Source: an uncultured Desulfatitalea sp. (lineage in GTDB: Bacteria > Desulfobacterota > Desulfobacteria > Desulfobacterales > Desulfosarcinaceae). From it: DNA of 64,000 nucleotides. Shown here piece by piece: positions 62,487-64,000 of this stretch. Where the stretch lies: the NCBI GenBank assembly GCA_963668675.2, contig CAXXMB010000002.1:3040001-3104000 (forward strand), given 5' to 3'. The notes under the pieces were generated by a model. The model had not been told where the DNA came from. It saw nothing but the letters and a program-made list of their open reading frames with translations, and did not search any database. Numbering within the stretch: position 1 is the first letter of the stretch; every line of letters begins with the position of its first letter. A program made the position numbers and the translations under genes.

Positions 62487-64000
62487 TTGGAACCTTCAGA
62501 ACTGATCAACCGTTGTCGCGAAGAGAAGAGGCTGTCTCTGAATGAGGCGGAATCAAAAAAAATTTTGGGCCATTACGGGCTTCCTGTGGTTAAGGAGATG
62601 GTGGCCACCTCCGAAAAGGAAGCCCTCAGTATGGCAGAAACAATAGGCTATCCAGTGGTTCTCAAAGGGCTTGGCAGCAAACTGACCCATAAGACCGAAT
62701 TGGGGTTGGTCAAAATCGACCTCCACACGCCGGACCTGGTTCGGTCCGCCTTCAGTGACATCAAGGTTGCCGGCGCAGACGCATGGGAGGGGTGCCTGCT
62801 GCAGCCGATGGTATCGGGACGGCGCGAATTTGTCGCAGGTTTGACCCGCGATGGCCAATTCGGGCCGGTGGTGATGTTCGGCCTGGGAGGCATCTATACC
62901 GAGGCCATCGGAGATGTGGTCTTTCGAATAGCCCCCATCGACAAGCGCCAGGCCCTGAATATGATGGAGGAGCTCTCGACCCGGTCGCTTTTAGGTCCGT
63001 TCCGGGGCGATGCGGCGGCCAATAGGGAGGCACTGGCCGATGTCCTGGCGGGCTTGTCCAGTCTGGGCATGGAGCATCCCGATATCAAAGAGGTGGATAT
63101 CAACCCCCTGATTGTCTCCGCTGACGGCGGCGTGACGGCGGTGGATGCGCTGGTGGTGCTCAACGATCCGGAGGATGAAACCCTTCTGCCTGCTCTGGAT
63201 TCCGAGGAGGAGCAGGCGCGTACAGCCCGTCTGAATGCCGCCCTCGAGGTGATGACCCACCCCAAATCCATTGCCGTGGTCGGAGTGGCGCGCACCCAGG
63301 TGGGTGGGTTTCCCGGGATTTTCCGCTGCATACGCAACTTCGGTTTCAAGGGCAATCTCTATCCGATCAACCCCAAGGCGGATGAGATCGACGGGATCAA
63401 GGCCTATCCCACATTGACCGCCCTTCCGGAACCCGCCGACCTGGTGGTGCTCTCCGTGCCGGGTCCGGCCGTGCCGGCGGCGCTGAAGGATTGCATTGCA
63501 GCGGGCTGTAAGAATGTCCATGCCTTCACCTCCGGCTTCAAAGAGACTGGCGAGCCCGAAGGCATCCGTCTGCAGGCGGAGGTCAAACAGATCATCGAAG
63601 AGGGTGGGTTGAACTTCATCGGTCCCAATTGCATGGGGATCTATGTTCCCGCTTCCCGCGTGCTCACCTGGGTGGCGGCACCCGACCGGAGCGGCCCGGT
63701 GGCCATGGTGAGTCAAAGCGGCGGCAATGCCCAGGATTTTTCAAACTATGCGGCCACGACCTATGGCCTCTACTTCAGCAAGGTGTTCAGCTACGGCAAT
63801 GCCGTCACCATGGACAGCACCGATTTCCTGGCCTACCTGGCCGGGGACGACGAGACTCGCATCGTCACCATGTATCTGGAGGGGGTCAAGAACGGTACCA
63901 AGCTGCTGGAACTGGTGACCGACATCAACCGCACCAAACCGGTGGTGATTCTCAAGGGCGGCGTCACCGAATCGGGTGCCCGGACGGTCGCCTCGCATAC
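62487..64000 (+). CDS. ADP-forming acetate/acyl-CoA ligase family protein, 3'-truncated by window edge
   Basis: TTG start; LNEAESKKIL, IGYPVVLK..THKTE, FGPVVMFGLGGI, DINPL, HPKSIAVVG, IGPNCMG, SQSGG, YLEG. Confidence 0.92.
   Translation, partial: MEPSELINRCREEKRLSLNEAESKKILGHYGLPVVKEMVATSEKEALSMAETIGYPVVLKGLGSKLTHKTELGLVKIDLHTPDLVRSAFSDIKVAGADAWEGCLLQPMVSGRREFVAGLTRDGQFGPVVMFGLGGIYTEAIGDVVFRIAPIDKRQALNMMEELSTRSLLGPFRGDAAANREALADVLAGLSSLGMEHPDIKEVDINPLIVSADGGVTAVDALVVLNDPEDETLLPALDSEEEQARTARLNAALEVMTHPKSIAVVGVARTQVGGFPGIFRCIRNFGFKGNLYPINPKADEIDGIKAYPTLTALPEPADLVVLSVPGPAVPAALKDCIAAGCKNVHAFTSGFKETGEPEGIRLQAEVKQIIEEGGLNFIGPNCMGIYVPASRVLTWVAAPDRSGPVAMVSQSGGNAQDFSNYAATTYGLYFSKVFSYGNAVTMDSTDFLAYLAGDDETRIVTMYLEGVKNGTKLLELVTDINRTKPVVILKGGVTESGARTVASH

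Overview
GC-rich bacterial chromosome segment; gene content, Sec usage and repeat types suggest a sulfate-reducing Desulfobacterales-like organism (inference). From left to right: (1) an AmmeMemoRadiSam cluster (amrA, membrane spermidine-synthase-like gene, amrS); (2) a minus-strand run of split glutamate synthase genes, carAB, purF, a cNMP-binding protein and a radical SAM gene; (3) a nitrogen-assimilation supercluster glnE, PII-amt, glnD-amt-PII-glnA, asnB; (4) housekeeping genes, including a two-UGA glutaredoxin-like selenoprotein gene (38118-38333) that the ORF track misses; (5) an AT-richer accessory island (about 41.3-57.1 kb); (6) more core genes, ending in a partial ADP-forming acyl-CoA ligase. 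The island holds a ~2600-aa Sec-signal teneurin-like/Rhs toxin with a Gly-rich tip and a coupled membrane immunity candidate, whose signal peptide is detached by a T6 frameshift. It also holds an orphan toxin-tip/immunity pair, an unusual four-ORF IS with two DDE domains, and an IS4-superfamily element with TIRs and a 7-bp TSD. Best leads: a shared sigma54 promoter architecture (paired ACA-N4-TGT boxes about 80 and 110 bp upstream) linking glnK-amt and glnD to an unannotated 63-aa ORF; the teneurin-like polymorphic toxin locus; the double-Sec protein whose SECIS lies inside an antisense gene; and the dual-transposase IS.
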